Origin: Candidatus Poribacteria bacterium
Lineage (GTDB): Bacteria > Poribacteria > WGA-4E > WGA-3G
Assembly (NCBI GenBank): GCA_965214095.1
Contig: OZ243938.1
Span: 3,968,001-4,032,000 of the forward strand
Direction: 5' to 3'
DNA: 64,000 bases
Numbering within the stretch: the stretch's first letter is position 1; each line of letters begins with the position of its first letter. The position numbers and the translations under genes are program-made. The notes under the pieces are model-generated. The model had not been told where the DNA came from. It searched no databases and worked only from the letters and a program-made list of their open reading frames with translations. This document shows, piece by piece, positions 29,913 to 40,587 of the stretch.

Positions 29913-31991
29913 ATGAGACTTAAAATCTTTCATTCCATTTCAGTTTTCTTCATACTTCTGGGGTTAATATTATTTTCACCACTAACAATGGCAGAGACAT
30001 TTTCAGGTCACGTCATTGATCACAATGGCAATCCTGTTCCTGAAGTGACGGTTGCCCTAAGTGAATTCAATAATGAAAAAACAGATTTATCAATTACAGA
30101 TGATGATGGGGTTTTCTCTGTATCAGGAACTAATTTCCCAGTCAAAATGAACTTACATCCGAAAAAAAATAAACCTTATGTTATAAGCATGATAATTATA
30201 GAAGGAATTATCTACTATCCAGATAAACACTCAAACTATTCTGATGATTTTGTATTTTCAATTGTGGATGGAGTAGATATTCAAGATGTTCAAATACATG
30301 TGCGTAAACGAACTTTAATAAGAGGACGGGTGCTCAATCCCGATGGCACACCACTAAGTAATGTTGATGTGCGCTTCAACCTAAGTGGACAGACAATAAA
30401 TGGCACTTCAACGATAACACTTGGAATGTTGGTTCAACTTGATGCAGATGGTTATTTTGAAAAATATGTTGAAGGTCCAGGTTATTTTACGTTGTCGGTG
30501 GAATATCAGAAAAAAATTGCAAGAACAGATGAAATGTTCATTACAGGAAAACCAGAAGAGGATAATCTCGTTCTAATGCTTGGTGGCAAAACTGACAGTA
30601 ATTTTGATAAAGAGAATATAAATAAAACGCTGAGATTGCGGACTTTCCAGATGGACAGAGAAAAATCAATTCTTAGAACAACGTTGACATCAGAGGAGAA
30701 ATCAACATTCACTGGCAGCGTTGTAGATACATTTGGAAACACAGTTTCGGATATACAGATAGGTCTACAGCCAATGCAACTCCTTGAAGGTTACTTCTTA
30801 TCTGAAAGGTATCGTATCGGGACAACCAGTGATACTACTGATGATAAACCCCGTAAAAACATTACAGATTCAACACCGTTAGTTGACACTGACTTCAGAC
30901 TGCCTCCTCGAAATAGACTCACATCTCAGTTAACTTCTACAGGGACATTTTCATTCAATGGGATTGAGTATGGAGCACTTAAATTATTCGTTTTACCTGA
31001 TGATATGACGTTATCAAAGATACCTTCCAATATACGTATCTTAGATCACTTACGGACAAAATTTGAGATTCTCTCAGTCAAAATCGGGAATCTGATTTTT
31101 AAAAAAACATTAGACCAACAATCTATTTTAAGCCATATTATTTTTGGAATAAATCCTGGAACTAAAATTGACAATGTAGAAATTACCGTAAAACAGAGAA
31201 TAAATATAAGGGGAAAAATTGTCAATGCAGATGGAACTCCATTAAAAAACCGAAATACTAAGTTAAGAATAAAGGCACCACAAGGTAAAATACGCCGGTT
31301 AGGGGATGCGGATGGATATACATCAAGTGCAAATATTCAGACTGATAATTACGGAAATTTTTCCATTTATGTTGAAAAATCGGGTGATTATTACTTTCAT
31401 GTAGAATACATCCTCCTCAATGCAGAAGCAGGACCAATCACAATCAAAGACAAGTTACAACAGGATGACCTTGTCCTGAAGTTGAATGGCAAACTACTTT
31501 TTCCTGATTTAACTGCTGAAGACAAAACCACTGCTGACGAAGAACAGATACCCGATGTGTGGGTTGTTAATCCGGTCAATGGACATTCCTACAAGTTGAT
31601 AGTATGTGAAGATTGGCATGATGCTCACCACAAAGCAATACAGAACGGTGCACATCTCATCTCAATTAACGATGAAGCTGAACACAAATGGATTCAAGAA
31701 ATCTATGGCAGCAGATTCTTCTGGATAGGACTCAATGATTTAGAAAAAGAGGGTGAATGGAAGTGGGATGGTGGTGAACCTGTTACCTATAAACACTGGG
31801 AAACTAATGAACTCTTTCCTGACGGAACACTTACAGACGATGAAAAGGATTATGTGATTATGAATCTTAATGGGGCATGGCAGACAACAGCTCCGCAGTC
31901 TACCTTATGGATAATGACGCGACAAGCAATAATTGAAAATGACGGTTTGCTTTCTACTATACAGCCAAAATCAGAATCACAGAATGAATAG
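29913..31991 (+). CDS. Secreted protein with carboxypeptidase-regulatory-like repeats and a C-terminal C-type lectin domain
   Basis: Signal peptide; FSGHVID.NGNPV repeats; NGHSY...W.DA...GAHLISINDEAE..WI...WIGLND...EGEWKW.GGEPVTY..W. Confidence 0.85.
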   Translation: MRLKIFHSISVFFILLGLILFSPLTMAETFSGHVIDHNGNPVPEVTVALSEFNNEKTDLSITDDDGVFSVSGTNFPVKMNLHPKKNKPYVISMIIIEGIIYYPDKHSNYSDDFVFSIVDGVDIQDVQIHVRKRTLIRGRVLNPDGTPLSNVDVRFNLSGQTINGTSTITLGMLVQLDADGYFEKYVEGPGYFTLSVEYQKKIARTDEMFITGKPEEDNLVLMLGGKTDSNFDKENINKTLRLRTFQMDREKSILRTTLTSEEKSTFTGSVVDTFGNTVSDIQIGLQPMQLLEGYFLSERYRIGTTSDTTDDKPRKNITDSTPLVDTDFRLPPRNRLTSQLTSTGTFSFNGIEYGALKLFVLPDDMTLSKIPSNIRILDHLRTKFEILSVKIGNLIFKKTLDQQSILSHIIFGINPGTKIDNVEITVKQRINIRGKIVNADGTPLKNRNTKLRIKAPQGKIRRLGDADGYTSSANIQTDNYGNFSIYVEKSGDYYFHVEYILLNAEAGPITIKDKLQQDDLVLKLNGKLLFPDLTAEDKTTADEEQIPDVWVVNPVNGHSYKLIVCEDWHDAHHKAIQNGAHLISINDEAEHKWIQEIYGSRFFWIGLNDLEKEGEWKWDGGEPVTYKHWETNELFPDGTLTDDEKDYVIMNLNGAWQTTAPQSTLWIMTRQAIIENDGLLSTIQPKSESQNE

Positions 31992-32034
31992 TCTGTTGGT
32001 TAGAGTTTTCTGACTCCTTGCCAGAAATGGCAAA

Positions 32035-33366
32035 TTAGTCAGAATAATCTATTGCATCTTTCATGTGTTTCAAAGCGTCATGTATTTGTGGGAGTTCCTC
32101 AAACCCATAAGAGATTCGCATCTGACGTTTACCAACATTAACCATCTCACCATGTGGATGTACGCAATGTTCACCGGGAATATAAATGACCTTTGGATTC
32201 GGATTGTTCGTAGGTCCGTCAATATCTACATGTCCTGTTGTACGAGTCAAGAATTTAAAAAAATCAGAGTTTGAATCGGTGGGGGTATCAGTCAGTGTCA
32301 GATAATAGTAGAAACCGGCACTTCCACCACGAATAGATTGAACATTATCACCAAGTAATTCGTCAATCCAGATTTTCACCTGTTCAGACTTCTGATGATA
32401 ACCACTATTGACCTTCTCAATTTGACTCTCAATACCGTTATCCAGCAGATAACTCGCAATTTCCTGATTGATGAGCGGTGCACTGAAACCGATGTCACTT
32501 GTGCGTTGAACGATGCTGTTGAGAAACGATCCTTTTGGACCAATAAGGTAACCGATACGTAATCCCGGAGCAAGTATCTTTGACAGTGTTCCAATTTCAT
32601 ATACAATACCAAGTTCATCGTAGCAGGATGCAGACTCCAAAGGTTCAATAGTGTCATCATGCACAAGTTCGGTATAAGCATTGTCAAAAATGAGCGGAAT
32701 CTTGTGTCCAACTTCATGTGAAAGCCGAGTGACTATCTCAACTAATTCTTGCTTTCGGTTATCTGACAGAATAGTGCAAGTGGGATTGTTGACGGTCACA
32801 AGATAGAGAAACTGGATAGCAGATTTCTCACTACTGCTTAATGACTCTAATCTTTGTTCCAATAGTTCTGTCTGTAGACCTTCATTGTCTTCTGGTATTG
32901 CAGTAACGCTAAAGCCTTTCCTTTCAAGGTCGTTGCAATAGATATAATACGTTGGGTCGGCAGTGATGACGATACCAGTAGGGAGAAGATGGGTGATACT
33001 TTCCAGTAAACTGGTCGCTCCGTTCGCACCGATAACAACATCCCTTGAGGAGAAAGTGTCTTGTGTGATACCACCGATTTTGTTGTCAATATAGTATCTT
33101 TTGATAGATTCAATCAGATTAGGAGAACCTTGTGCACCACCATAATTCAGAGATGCACGGTACTTTTCAGGATTAGCAAGCACTGCAACACACGCAGTCT
33201 GTATCTGAAGACGTGGGATTGTGCTTTCGTTCACATATCCCACACCAAGATTGATGTCATATCCATCACGAAAACCGACTGCAAAATCGGTCATCATCTG
33301 GTTGACAGGTGCAGGAATACTTGAGGCTTTCCCGTAATCAGAAAGTCTAATGTTGTCAATTTTCAT
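32035..33366 (-). CDS. PLP-dependent aminotransferase class I/II
   Basis: NNPT, DNAY, GTLSKILAPGLRIGY, MRISY. Confidence 0.9.
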   Translation of the reverse strand: MKIDNIRLSDYGKASSIPAPVNQMMTDFAVGFRDGYDINLGVGYVNESTIPRLQIQTACVAVLANPEKYRASLNYGGAQGSPNLIESIKRYYIDNKIGGITQDTFSSRDVVIGANGATSLLESITHLLPTGIVITADPTYYIYCNDLERKGFSVTAIPEDNEGLQTELLEQRLESLSSSEKSAIQFLYLVTVNNPTCTILSDNRKQELVEIVTRLSHEVGHKIPLIFDNAYTELVHDDTIEPLESASCYDELGIVYEIGTLSKILAPGLRIGYLIGPKGSFLNSIVQRTSDIGFSAPLINQEIASYLLDNGIESQIEKVNSGYHQKSEQVKIWIDELLGDNVQSIRGGSAGFYYYLTLTDTPTDSNSDFFKFLTRTTGHVDIDGPTNNPNPKVIYIPGEHCVHPHGEMVNVGKRQMRISYGFEELPQIHDALKHMKDAIDYSD

Positions 33367-33367
33367 G

Positions 33368-34279
33368 CTATTTCAGCAAATCCTCAAGTGCAGTTTCAAG
33401 TGTAGAATACTGAAATTCATAACCACTTGCTTCTGTTTTTTCAGGAAGAACATTTTGACTCAACATCACAAATTCAGCGAATTCCCCCATCAGCATGTGT
33501 AATGCGAATGCTGGTACTGGAAAAATCGCAGGCTTTCGCAAAACAGAACCGAGCGTTTTCGTGAACTCTATGTTTCTAACAGGATTAGGTGCTGTTGCGT
33601 TTAATGCACCTTGTATTTCATCATTTTCCAAAGAATGTGTAATTATCCCAACCACATCATCAATATGAATCCAAGACATCCACTGTTTACCAGTTCCAAG
33701 TTTACCACCTGCACCAATTTTGAAAGGAGGAAGCACTTGATCCAGTAGTCCACCACCCATGCCAAGCACAAGTCCAATGCGAACATGAACGACACGTATG
33801 CCAAGTTCACTTGCTTTATGACCTTCTGCTTCCCATTCTTGGCAGACTTCTGCGAGGAAATCAGTGCCAACAGGAGCATCTTCTGTAAAACTATCGTCAC
33901 CTGTGGCACCATATAGACCGATGGCAGAAGCACATACAAGTACTTCAGGTTTGGATTCAGATGCAGCGAGTGAGGAAACAAGGTTCCGTGTGGAAAGAAC
34001 ACGACTGTCTTGTATCCGTTGCTTTTTCTTGGCATTCCATCTGCCTGCAATAGATTCTCCAGCAAGGTGAACTACCGCATGTATGTCAGATGTTGCTTCA
34101 GTTGGGAGTTGTTCGGTTTCAGGATTCCAAGCATATATTTCATCTACAGATTGCAATTTTGTTTTGGCCCGTTTAGTGTCTCTTGATACGACATTCACTG
34201 CGTAATCTTTCGTCTGGAGGGCATCACACACTCGTCTCCCGATAAATCCTGTTCCACCAGTGACCAATACTTTTTTCAT
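33368..34279 (-). CDS. TIGR01777 family NAD-dependent epimerase/oxidoreductase
   Basis: VTGGTGFIG, HLAGESI..RW, SAIGLYG, G.GKQWMSWIHIDD. Confidence 0.92.
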   Translation of the reverse strand: MKKVLVTGGTGFIGRRVCDALQTKDYAVNVVSRDTKRAKTKLQSVDEIYAWNPETEQLPTEATSDIHAVVHLAGESIAGRWNAKKKQRIQDSRVLSTRNLVSSLAASESKPEVLVCASAIGLYGATGDDSFTEDAPVGTDFLAEVCQEWEAEGHKASELGIRVVHVRIGLVLGMGGGLLDQVLPPFKIGAGGKLGTGKQWMSWIHIDDVVGIITHSLENDEIQGALNATAPNPVRNIEFTKTLGSVLRKPAIFPVPAFALHMLMGEFAEFVMLSQNVLPEKTEASGYEFQYSTLETALEDLLK

Positions 34280-34297
34280 GGTTTCCTCCCCTTATGT

Positions 34298-35026
34298 CTA
34301 TTTTGAGAGTTCTGCTAATGTGTCTTCCAGTTGTCTATAATCATCAATCACAGCATCACTGAGAGTGTCATCGGTTTCAGATTTATTGAACCCAGCAAAA
34401 CGAATTGCTTTCATTTCAGCATTCTTTGCACCTACAATATCCGTTCTCACAATATCACCGACATGCAACGCTTCTTCAGGTTTAGCATTGAGTTGTTCCA
34501 ACGTAGAGATATATTGTATTACCTCAGGCTTTGTATGTTCAGTTTCATCAGAAAAAGTAAACGCTGAGAAGTATTGATATATACCATCTTGTTTCATTAA
34601 TTGCCTCACATATTTCCCCGGTGACAAGGCGGAGTCAGAGATTATGCCAAGAGCATATTTCTCACTTAGACTCTCCAATACAGGTTTTACATGTGCTATC
34701 AATACTGGTGGTGATGCCATAAATGCTTTCCCAAGACAGCCAATAAGAGCAGTGATTTCTGCCTCATCAAGCGAAAGTTCTAACGATTCAGCAAAGGTCA
34801 TCAGGCAAGTTTCTACCGAAACACCTTTGTGTTCATACCAACTTGTCATTGATACCTTATATGCGTCATCCAAACCAACGGCTATATCTGATGTAGTGCA
34901 GGAATAACCTTGTTCTGTCAGGTATTGATGGCAGTTTTCAATCCGTATTGCTTGCCGATTCTCCCAGTTTTCCTGTGTGTCTGCATAAAGTGTTTGCCAA
35001 AAATCAAATGTAATTGCTTTAAACAT
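34298..35026 (-). CDS. HAD-superfamily hydrolase
   Basis: FDFWQTL, IISD, KP, HVGD...DIVGA. Confidence 0.9.
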   Translation of the reverse strand: MFKAITFDFWQTLYADTQENWENRQAIRIENCHQYLTEQGYSCTTSDIAVGLDDAYKVSMTSWYEHKGVSVETCLMTFAESLELSLDEAEITALIGCLGKAFMASPPVLIAHVKPVLESLSEKYALGIISDSALSPGKYVRQLMKQDGIYQYFSAFTFSDETEHTKPEVIQYISTLEQLNAKPEEALHVGDIVRTDIVGAKNAEMKAIRFAGFNKSETDDTLSDAVIDDYRQLEDTLAELSK

Positions 35027-35074
35027 CTTTACTCCTATCTTACTTAGTTTTTCTATCTTCGCAATCCAGATGTC

Positions 35075-35103
35075 ATTTTATCCATTGCAAGATAGGATGT
35101 CAA
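35075..35103 (-). promoter_or_regulatory. Putative sigma70 promoter of the HAD-TIGR01777-aminotransferase genes
   Basis: Minus strand TTGACA-17bp-TAAAAT. Confidence 0.6.
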
Positions 35104-35204
35104 GAAACAAATAAAATATACAGACTTGTTTGAAATGATAAACGATAAGGTAGGAAGACAAGTTGACTTGTTGGGTTTTATTTTGGTTTGTTTTGAGGAG
35201 TTGA

Positions 35205-35240
35205 ATTGTTTGGTGGGGTCTCTGGACCCCACCAAACAAT
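35205..35240. repeat. Perfect 16-bp-stem hairpin
   Basis: ATTGTTTGGTGGGGTC-TCTG-GACCCCACCAAACAAT; no U-tract on either strand. Confidence 0.6.
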
Positions 35241-35271
35241 GTGTATAGGTTTGTCGCTAATCTATACAAAG

Positions 35272-36351
35272 TTATTCCTGAGGATTATCAGATGTTCGCA
35301 CTTTAATTGCATCAGGTGTCAACGCGCCAAGGGGTTTTTCACCATTTAGCACACTTTCAAAATCATCAACAATCATATCAGCAACACGGAGATTTGCATC
35401 TTTTGTCCGACCTGCGATATGTGGCGTGAGAACGACGTTATCTCTATTCCTGAGTTCGTCATCAACGGGTACCGGTTCTCTGTCATATACATCAAATGCA
35501 CCTGCGAGTTCATCTTTCACAATACGTTCACGCAGCGCAGCCATATCAACAGCATGTGCACGCGTGATGATAACGACCAATGACCCCTTACGCAGATTGT
35601 ATATACGTTCACGGTTCAGTAAATGTCGTGCGGATGGTGTTGGTGGAATAGCAACGAATACAATATCTGCACGGTCAACAAGTTCGTCCATATCAACGCG
35701 TTCAACATCCCACTCTTCAAGTAACGCGTCAGGAACATAAGGGTCATATCCCATCGTCGTTGCACCGAATGCACTGCACCATTTTGCAATCTTTCCACCA
35801 ATCTGTCCAAGTCCCATAACCCCTATCTGTTTTGTGCCGAGATCACCGTTCACAAAGTCGGGGTCATCGCAGAATTGATGTGCTACAGGAAGTTTCTCTG
35901 GTCCCCATATCGGGTTGACCCAATCCCACAGTTTTTCTCCGATTGTCATCTTGTGGTGCCACTGTGCTGTGCGTCTCAGAGATGACAATGCCAGTCCAAA
36001 TGCACATTCTGCCACAGATTGTGACCAGGCACGTGTGGATTCAATCACTGGGATGCCACGTTCCATAAACTTCGTGTATGGGATACCGTGTCCAGTGTTA
36101 TCTGTCATTGTACCGAAGACTTTGAGTTTTGGAGCATTTTCAAGACAATCCTCCGTGAAACTGCCGCCAAAATGTGAGATTCCGATAACTTCGCTCAAAT
36201 CCACCTGTTGATGTATAGGGTCTTTACTGGTTGTATTTAGAACGAGTGTTACCCCTAATTCCTCAAGTCGTTTCACCATCTGTTCATGAACGAAGGGCCA
36301 AGAACCCTCTAATCCTGGTGAACGTGTGAATAAAAATTGGTGTGTTGCCAT
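35272..36351 (-). CDS. D-isomer-specific 2-hydroxyacid dehydrogenase
   Basis: GLGQIG, YDPY, TRA, DVYDREP, TPHIAG. Confidence 0.9.
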   Translation of the reverse strand: MATHQFLFTRSPGLEGSWPFVHEQMVKRLEELGVTLVLNTTSKDPIHQQVDLSEVIGISHFGGSFTEDCLENAPKLKVFGTMTDNTGHGIPYTKFMERGIPVIESTRAWSQSVAECAFGLALSSLRRTAQWHHKMTIGEKLWDWVNPIWGPEKLPVAHQFCDDPDFVNGDLGTKQIGVMGLGQIGGKIAKWCSAFGATTMGYDPYVPDALLEEWDVERVDMDELVDRADIVFVAIPPTPSARHLLNRERIYNLRKGSLVVIITRAHAVDMAALRERIVKDELAGAFDVYDREPVPVDDELRNRDNVVLTPHIAGRTKDANLRVADMIVDDFESVLNGEKPLGALTPDAIKVRTSDNPQE

Positions 36352-36369
36352 ACAATGATTCCTCCTAAT

Positions 36370-39042
36370 TTAGGTTATTACAATATGTGGTGCAGTTGGA
36401 TATCTACCGCGTCGATTTCCGTAGAGGGTAAGTCCACCTCTGTTTTCTGCATTCCCTTTAACTTCATAACGCACTGAAATTGTCCCATTGGAATTATCAC
36501 TTAAACATGTTTCCTTATCCAACTGAACACGGTATAGGTATCCGTAGTTCCCAAGGTTTTCGTGAATATATGTGAGAACGCCGCGTGCATCTGCGGGACA
36601 ATCGGGTATTGAGATTGTATCCACTTCAGTACCGTTGACAGAGATTGTAACATCTGATGGATATTTCTCAGGTTCAGTTTGACGTGAACCCCCATTTGAT
36701 GAGGATGCTTCGAATACAAGCTCCATCTTTGTTATCTCATCAGGATTGAGTTTCGCTGGCAGCGGCATCTGATATTCAACATATCCTGCACCTTGTGCCA
36801 TTAGGAGTTGATCCTTAACATCCGTTGCACCATCCCACCTGCTGGATGATATGTCACCCGGAAGATGACTTAGCGATGTTAGACCTGCTGCATCCTTAAT
36901 GTATATCTCAAAATTGATGTAATTCCGTGCGACGACAGCACCTGTTTCATCAGATACCCACACATGCAATGTGCCAACTGCTGCATTTGTATCTGGAATA
37001 GTAAGTTTCAGCTGATGCACCTGTTCTACCTGATATTGTGGGAAAGGGATTTCAACACTGTTACTGATAAGTCCATACGTCAGTTCACCGTTCTTTTCAA
37101 GTGTATCCAACTGCCAGTGAAGTGTGGTTCCTTCAATTTGTTTATGTGAGAAGTGGCTTGTGTATATATCTGCAGTAACTATATCACCTGGAGCAACTGT
37201 TGTACCGGGTGGATAATCAATTGCAATAAAATCAAGCGTGTTGATGTCATTGTAATCGTAGCCGAATTCTTTGACGGATCGGTCATAGTTCATAAAACCG
37301 TTGTGTTCCCACTCAATATCTTGTAGTTCAGTGTAGACATAGCCACAGATTTTTGGATGTAACCGCAACTCATTCGTCAGATACTTGAAGCACCAAGCAA
37401 CATCTTTGTCACCTGCCCCTGCGCTGATGCCACCGTATTCACTATTGATCAATGGGACATCTGTCTGTTCGTTATCACCAGCATAATTGAACTTTGAGCC
37501 GGGGTATGTCTGTTCAACAACATTAGCGATGTGATCCTTGGCATGTTGGTAATTATTGATATAGAAGTGCCAAGAGTTAATGTCTGTTTCAACGTGGTCA
37601 TAAAGGCAAGGAGAGTTGTCTTCAATAAGACGCGAAGGGTCAAGCGTTTTAGCTAAATGGTACATCTCACGCACCCATTCTTGACGATCCTTTTGTTCCT
37701 TGTAACCGCCACCACCAAGTCCCCACGTTTCGTTGAAGTTGCACCATGAAATGATGGATGGATGATTGAAATCACGTGCAATGTTACCGCGCAACGTCTC
37801 TACAAATCTACTTTTTGCTAAATCTGTATAGTTGCCAAAGTTTGGAATGTCGCACATAAAAAGCAGTCCCAATTTGTCTGCCCAATAGTAGAGACGCGGT
37901 TCGTCAACTTTGATATGCAAACGAAGGAAGTTGAAGCCAAACTCTTTGGAACGTTCCACATCCGTTCTGATTGCTTCATCGGTCAGGAAAGTATATACAC
38001 CTTCTGGATTGAATGACTGATTGAGTGCACCCAACAGATAAACAGGACGGTTGTTAAGATATATGTAGTTGTAGTCCCCACCTGGTGCCTTCTCAATAGA
38101 GACTTTCCGCATACCAAAATATGTCTGAACCGTATCTAAAACAGAGTCATTTGAGACCAATTTCAACGTGACATAATATAGATTTGGTGTATCCACATCC
38201 CACAGTCGGAGTTTATCGGGTGGAATATCCACAACAATCTCCGTATTTTCTGATGCAGTAACCTGTCCACTCATACCATCGCATTCCCATTGTAATTCAG
38301 TCCCTGATGTAATTTCACCATCAATTGTTACATTAATAGTTGCTGTGCTTTTATCAATATCTGGAGTGATTGGACATTGCTCAATATATGTTGCATTTCT
38401 GGGTTCAAGGTAGACTGTTTGCCAGATGCCGCTTGTACGGGTATACCATCCTATCTGCTTTCCAGCGAGTTGTTCTCCGTGGTCTTGTGCATCATAAGCT
38501 CGGACAACGATTGTTGCCTGTTCGCCTGCTGTAAGCGCATCTGTGATGTCAAATTCAAATGGAAGATATCCACATTCATGTTCACCTATTTTCTTACCAT
38601 TTACCCATACTGCGGTTTCCCAGTCAACCGCACAGAAATGTAGTATGACTCGTTTATCGCCCCAATTTTCAGGTGTTTCGACTGTTCTGCGATACCAACC
38701 GATTGTATGCCGTGGTTCGTGTTTGTAGTTCCCACTATTAACAAGTCCACCACAAGTTATTTCATCTGGCTTTAGGTAGGCATTTGTACTGAGGTAAGTT
38801 GCACTGTCTGCTTGATCTTCTTCTCCCCACGCTGCAAGACTTTCCCATGGATATGGCACGCGGATTTCCAATGGATAATCTGGGGAATCTGAAGAAAACC
38901 ATTCTTCATTGATGCCAATATCCTCCGGGTCAAAAGCAAATTCCCAAGTGCCGTTGAGATTTATCCAATCAACACCATCTGAAGTGCCGCGTTGAAAAAC
39001 GGGTTTTGGATATTCTGGGCGCGGTATTTCTATTCTTGTCAC
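36370..39042 (-). CDS. Glycoside hydrolase family 2
   Basis: WINLNG.W.F, SGIWQTVYLE, FGMRKV, RLHIKV, NHPSIISW..FNETWG, NSEYGG. Confidence 0.9.
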   Translation of the reverse strand: MTRIEIPRPEYPKPVFQRGTSDGVDWINLNGTWEFAFDPEDIGINEEWFSSDSPDYPLEIRVPYPWESLAAWGEEDQADSATYLSTNAYLKPDEITCGGLVNSGNYKHEPRHTIGWYRRTVETPENWGDKRVILHFCAVDWETAVWVNGKKIGEHECGYLPFEFDITDALTAGEQATIVVRAYDAQDHGEQLAGKQIGWYTRTSGIWQTVYLEPRNATYIEQCPITPDIDKSTATINVTIDGEITSGTELQWECDGMSGQVTASENTEIVVDIPPDKLRLWDVDTPNLYYVTLKLVSNDSVLDTVQTYFGMRKVSIEKAPGGDYNYIYLNNRPVYLLGALNQSFNPEGVYTFLTDEAIRTDVERSKEFGFNFLRLHIKVDEPRLYYWADKLGLLFMCDIPNFGNYTDLAKSRFVETLRGNIARDFNHPSIISWCNFNETWGLGGGGYKEQKDRQEWVREMYHLAKTLDPSRLIEDNSPCLYDHVETDINSWHFYINNYQHAKDHIANVVEQTYPGSKFNYAGDNEQTDVPLINSEYGGISAGAGDKDVAWCFKYLTNELRLHPKICGYVYTELQDIEWEHNGFMNYDRSVKEFGYDYNDINTLDFIAIDYPPGTTVAPGDIVTADIYTSHFSHKQIEGTTLHWQLDTLEKNGELTYGLISNSVEIPFPQYQVEQVHQLKLTIPDTNAAVGTLHVWVSDETGAVVARNYINFEIYIKDAAGLTSLSHLPGDISSSRWDGATDVKDQLLMAQGAGYVEYQMPLPAKLNPDEITKMELVFEASSSNGGSRQTEPEKYPSDVTISVNGTEVDTISIPDCPADARGVLTYIHENLGNYGYLYRVQLDKETCLSDNSNGTISVRYEVKGNAENRGGLTLYGNRRGRYPTAPHIVIT

Positions 39043-39120
39043 TATTTCTCCATCCTTGTTTTGTAATTACACAGATTAATTTTATTGTTCATTATATGTA
39101 ATTCGTTGCTTTTGTTCAAA

Positions 39121-40527
39121 TTAAATATTGTCGTTTACTCCTGAATTCTCACTCGGCAACCACAACGAAACCGTAGTGCCTTCACCAGACACACTTTCAA
39201 TCTCAACCGTCCCACCGTGTTCCTCAACAATACGTTTCACGTTTGCTAACCCAAGTCCAGTACCTTTTGACTTTCGTGTAAAAAACGGTTCAAAGAGATG
39301 TTCAATATCATCTTCAGGAATTCCAATACCTGTATCAATGACTCTGATACATACCTTTTCATTTTGTTGAAATGTAGATACAGTTAATGTGCCACCTTGA
39401 GGCATCGCTTCCATTGCATTCAAAACGACATTCATGAATGCCTGTTTGATTTTGTCTGAATCAAAATGTAAATCAGGAAGATCGGACACAAGTTTTAAGG
39501 ATAAATCAATCTGATGGTGTGTTAAGTTTGCTTCCATCAAGGATAAAACAGATTGCAAGAGTGATGCTAATGACTGTTGCTCAAGGTGGAGTTTTGTTGG
39601 ACTTGCAAAATCCATCAAACCTTTGACAATGTTGTCAATCCTTTCAATTTCTTCAAGGATATACTGCAAGGACTGCCGCTGTTCATCTGATGTTTTCGGT
39701 TTCTGCATGAGCATTTGGGACAACATCCGCATAGAGGACAACGGATTACGGATTTCATGTGCAAAAGAAGCAGACATCTTTCCCGCTGTTGCTAAACGTT
39801 CTGCTTGAATCAGTTTATCACGTGATTGTTTAAGTTCCGTTGTCATCTGATTGAATGCTATAGTTAAATCACCTATTTCGTCGTGTGTTTTGACATCACA
39901 CTGCTCATCAAGATTGCCCTCAGCGACCTGTTCCGTAAACCCAACTAAGTCTTTAATCGGTTCAGTGATATTCTTACCGATGCGATGGCTGATGAGTGCA
40001 ACGAGAGCAGTTACAACTATAGCAATGCCCAACATATACAAGGTTAGAGTGCGTTTTGCTTCGGCTATCGTCTCCATCGGACGTAGAAGGCAGTATATTC
40101 TCCCGAGTTCTACAGACCGATAGAAAACTTTATAGTGCTTTCCTCCGAGTGTGACATCATGTGTAATTGGTGGATCTTTCTCATTTTGAAAAGAATCTCT
40201 GACCTGATTGAGCCGCAATACTTCTATTAGATTTTCACGATTATGTTCATCATAGGGTAAATCAGTCAATGTGCTTACGTTAAGTGTGAAATCTGAACCA
40301 AAGATCATTACCTCTACACTGTAAGCCTGTTTATGCTTTTCAATATCTTCTCGAATAAAACCTGTTTCCATAATGACATTGACCCATCCTTGCGTTTCAT
40401 CAATAAACTGTTCGCTATATTTCCAAGCGAAGAGTTCAACTGTTATCAATGGCACGATGATGGTAATGGGGGCAAACAGTAGTAGAAAAGGGAGAACGAT
40501 TTTTCTTTGAATGCTGTGACGACGCAT
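39121..40527 (-). CDS. HAMP-domain sensor histidine kinase
   Basis: 2 TM, HAMP DEIGDL..AFNQM, H-box AHEIRNPL, N/G1/F/G2 boxes. Confidence 0.93.
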   Translation of the reverse strand: MRRHSIQRKIVLPFLLLFAPITIIVPLITVELFAWKYSEQFIDETQGWVNVIMETGFIREDIEKHKQAYSVEVMIFGSDFTLNVSTLTDLPYDEHNRENLIEVLRLNQVRDSFQNEKDPPITHDVTLGGKHYKVFYRSVELGRIYCLLRPMETIAEAKRTLTLYMLGIAIVVTALVALISHRIGKNITEPIKDLVGFTEQVAEGNLDEQCDVKTHDEIGDLTIAFNQMTTELKQSRDKLIQAERLATAGKMSASFAHEIRNPLSSMRMLSQMLMQKPKTSDEQRQSLQYILEEIERIDNIVKGLMDFASPTKLHLEQQSLASLLQSVLSLMEANLTHHQIDLSLKLVSDLPDLHFDSDKIKQAFMNVVLNAMEAMPQGGTLTVSTFQQNEKVCIRVIDTGIGIPEDDIEHLFEPFFTRKSKGTGLGLANVKRIVEEHGGTVEIESVSGEGTTVSLWLPSENSGVNDNI

Positions 40528-40558
40528 AGGTGTTCCTTATATCTAAGGCAATAACATC

Positions 40559-40587
40559 ACTTTAACAAAAGTAATTGTTCTTGTCAA
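40559..40587 (-). promoter_or_regulatory. Putative sigma70 promoter of the histidine kinase
   Basis: Minus strand TTGACA-17bp-TAAAGT with TGn. Confidence 0.45.

Noticed and set aside
29541-29933. ORFs 29541-29756 and 29637-29933
   Set aside because: They lie over the intergenic repeat mosaic; no coding signal.
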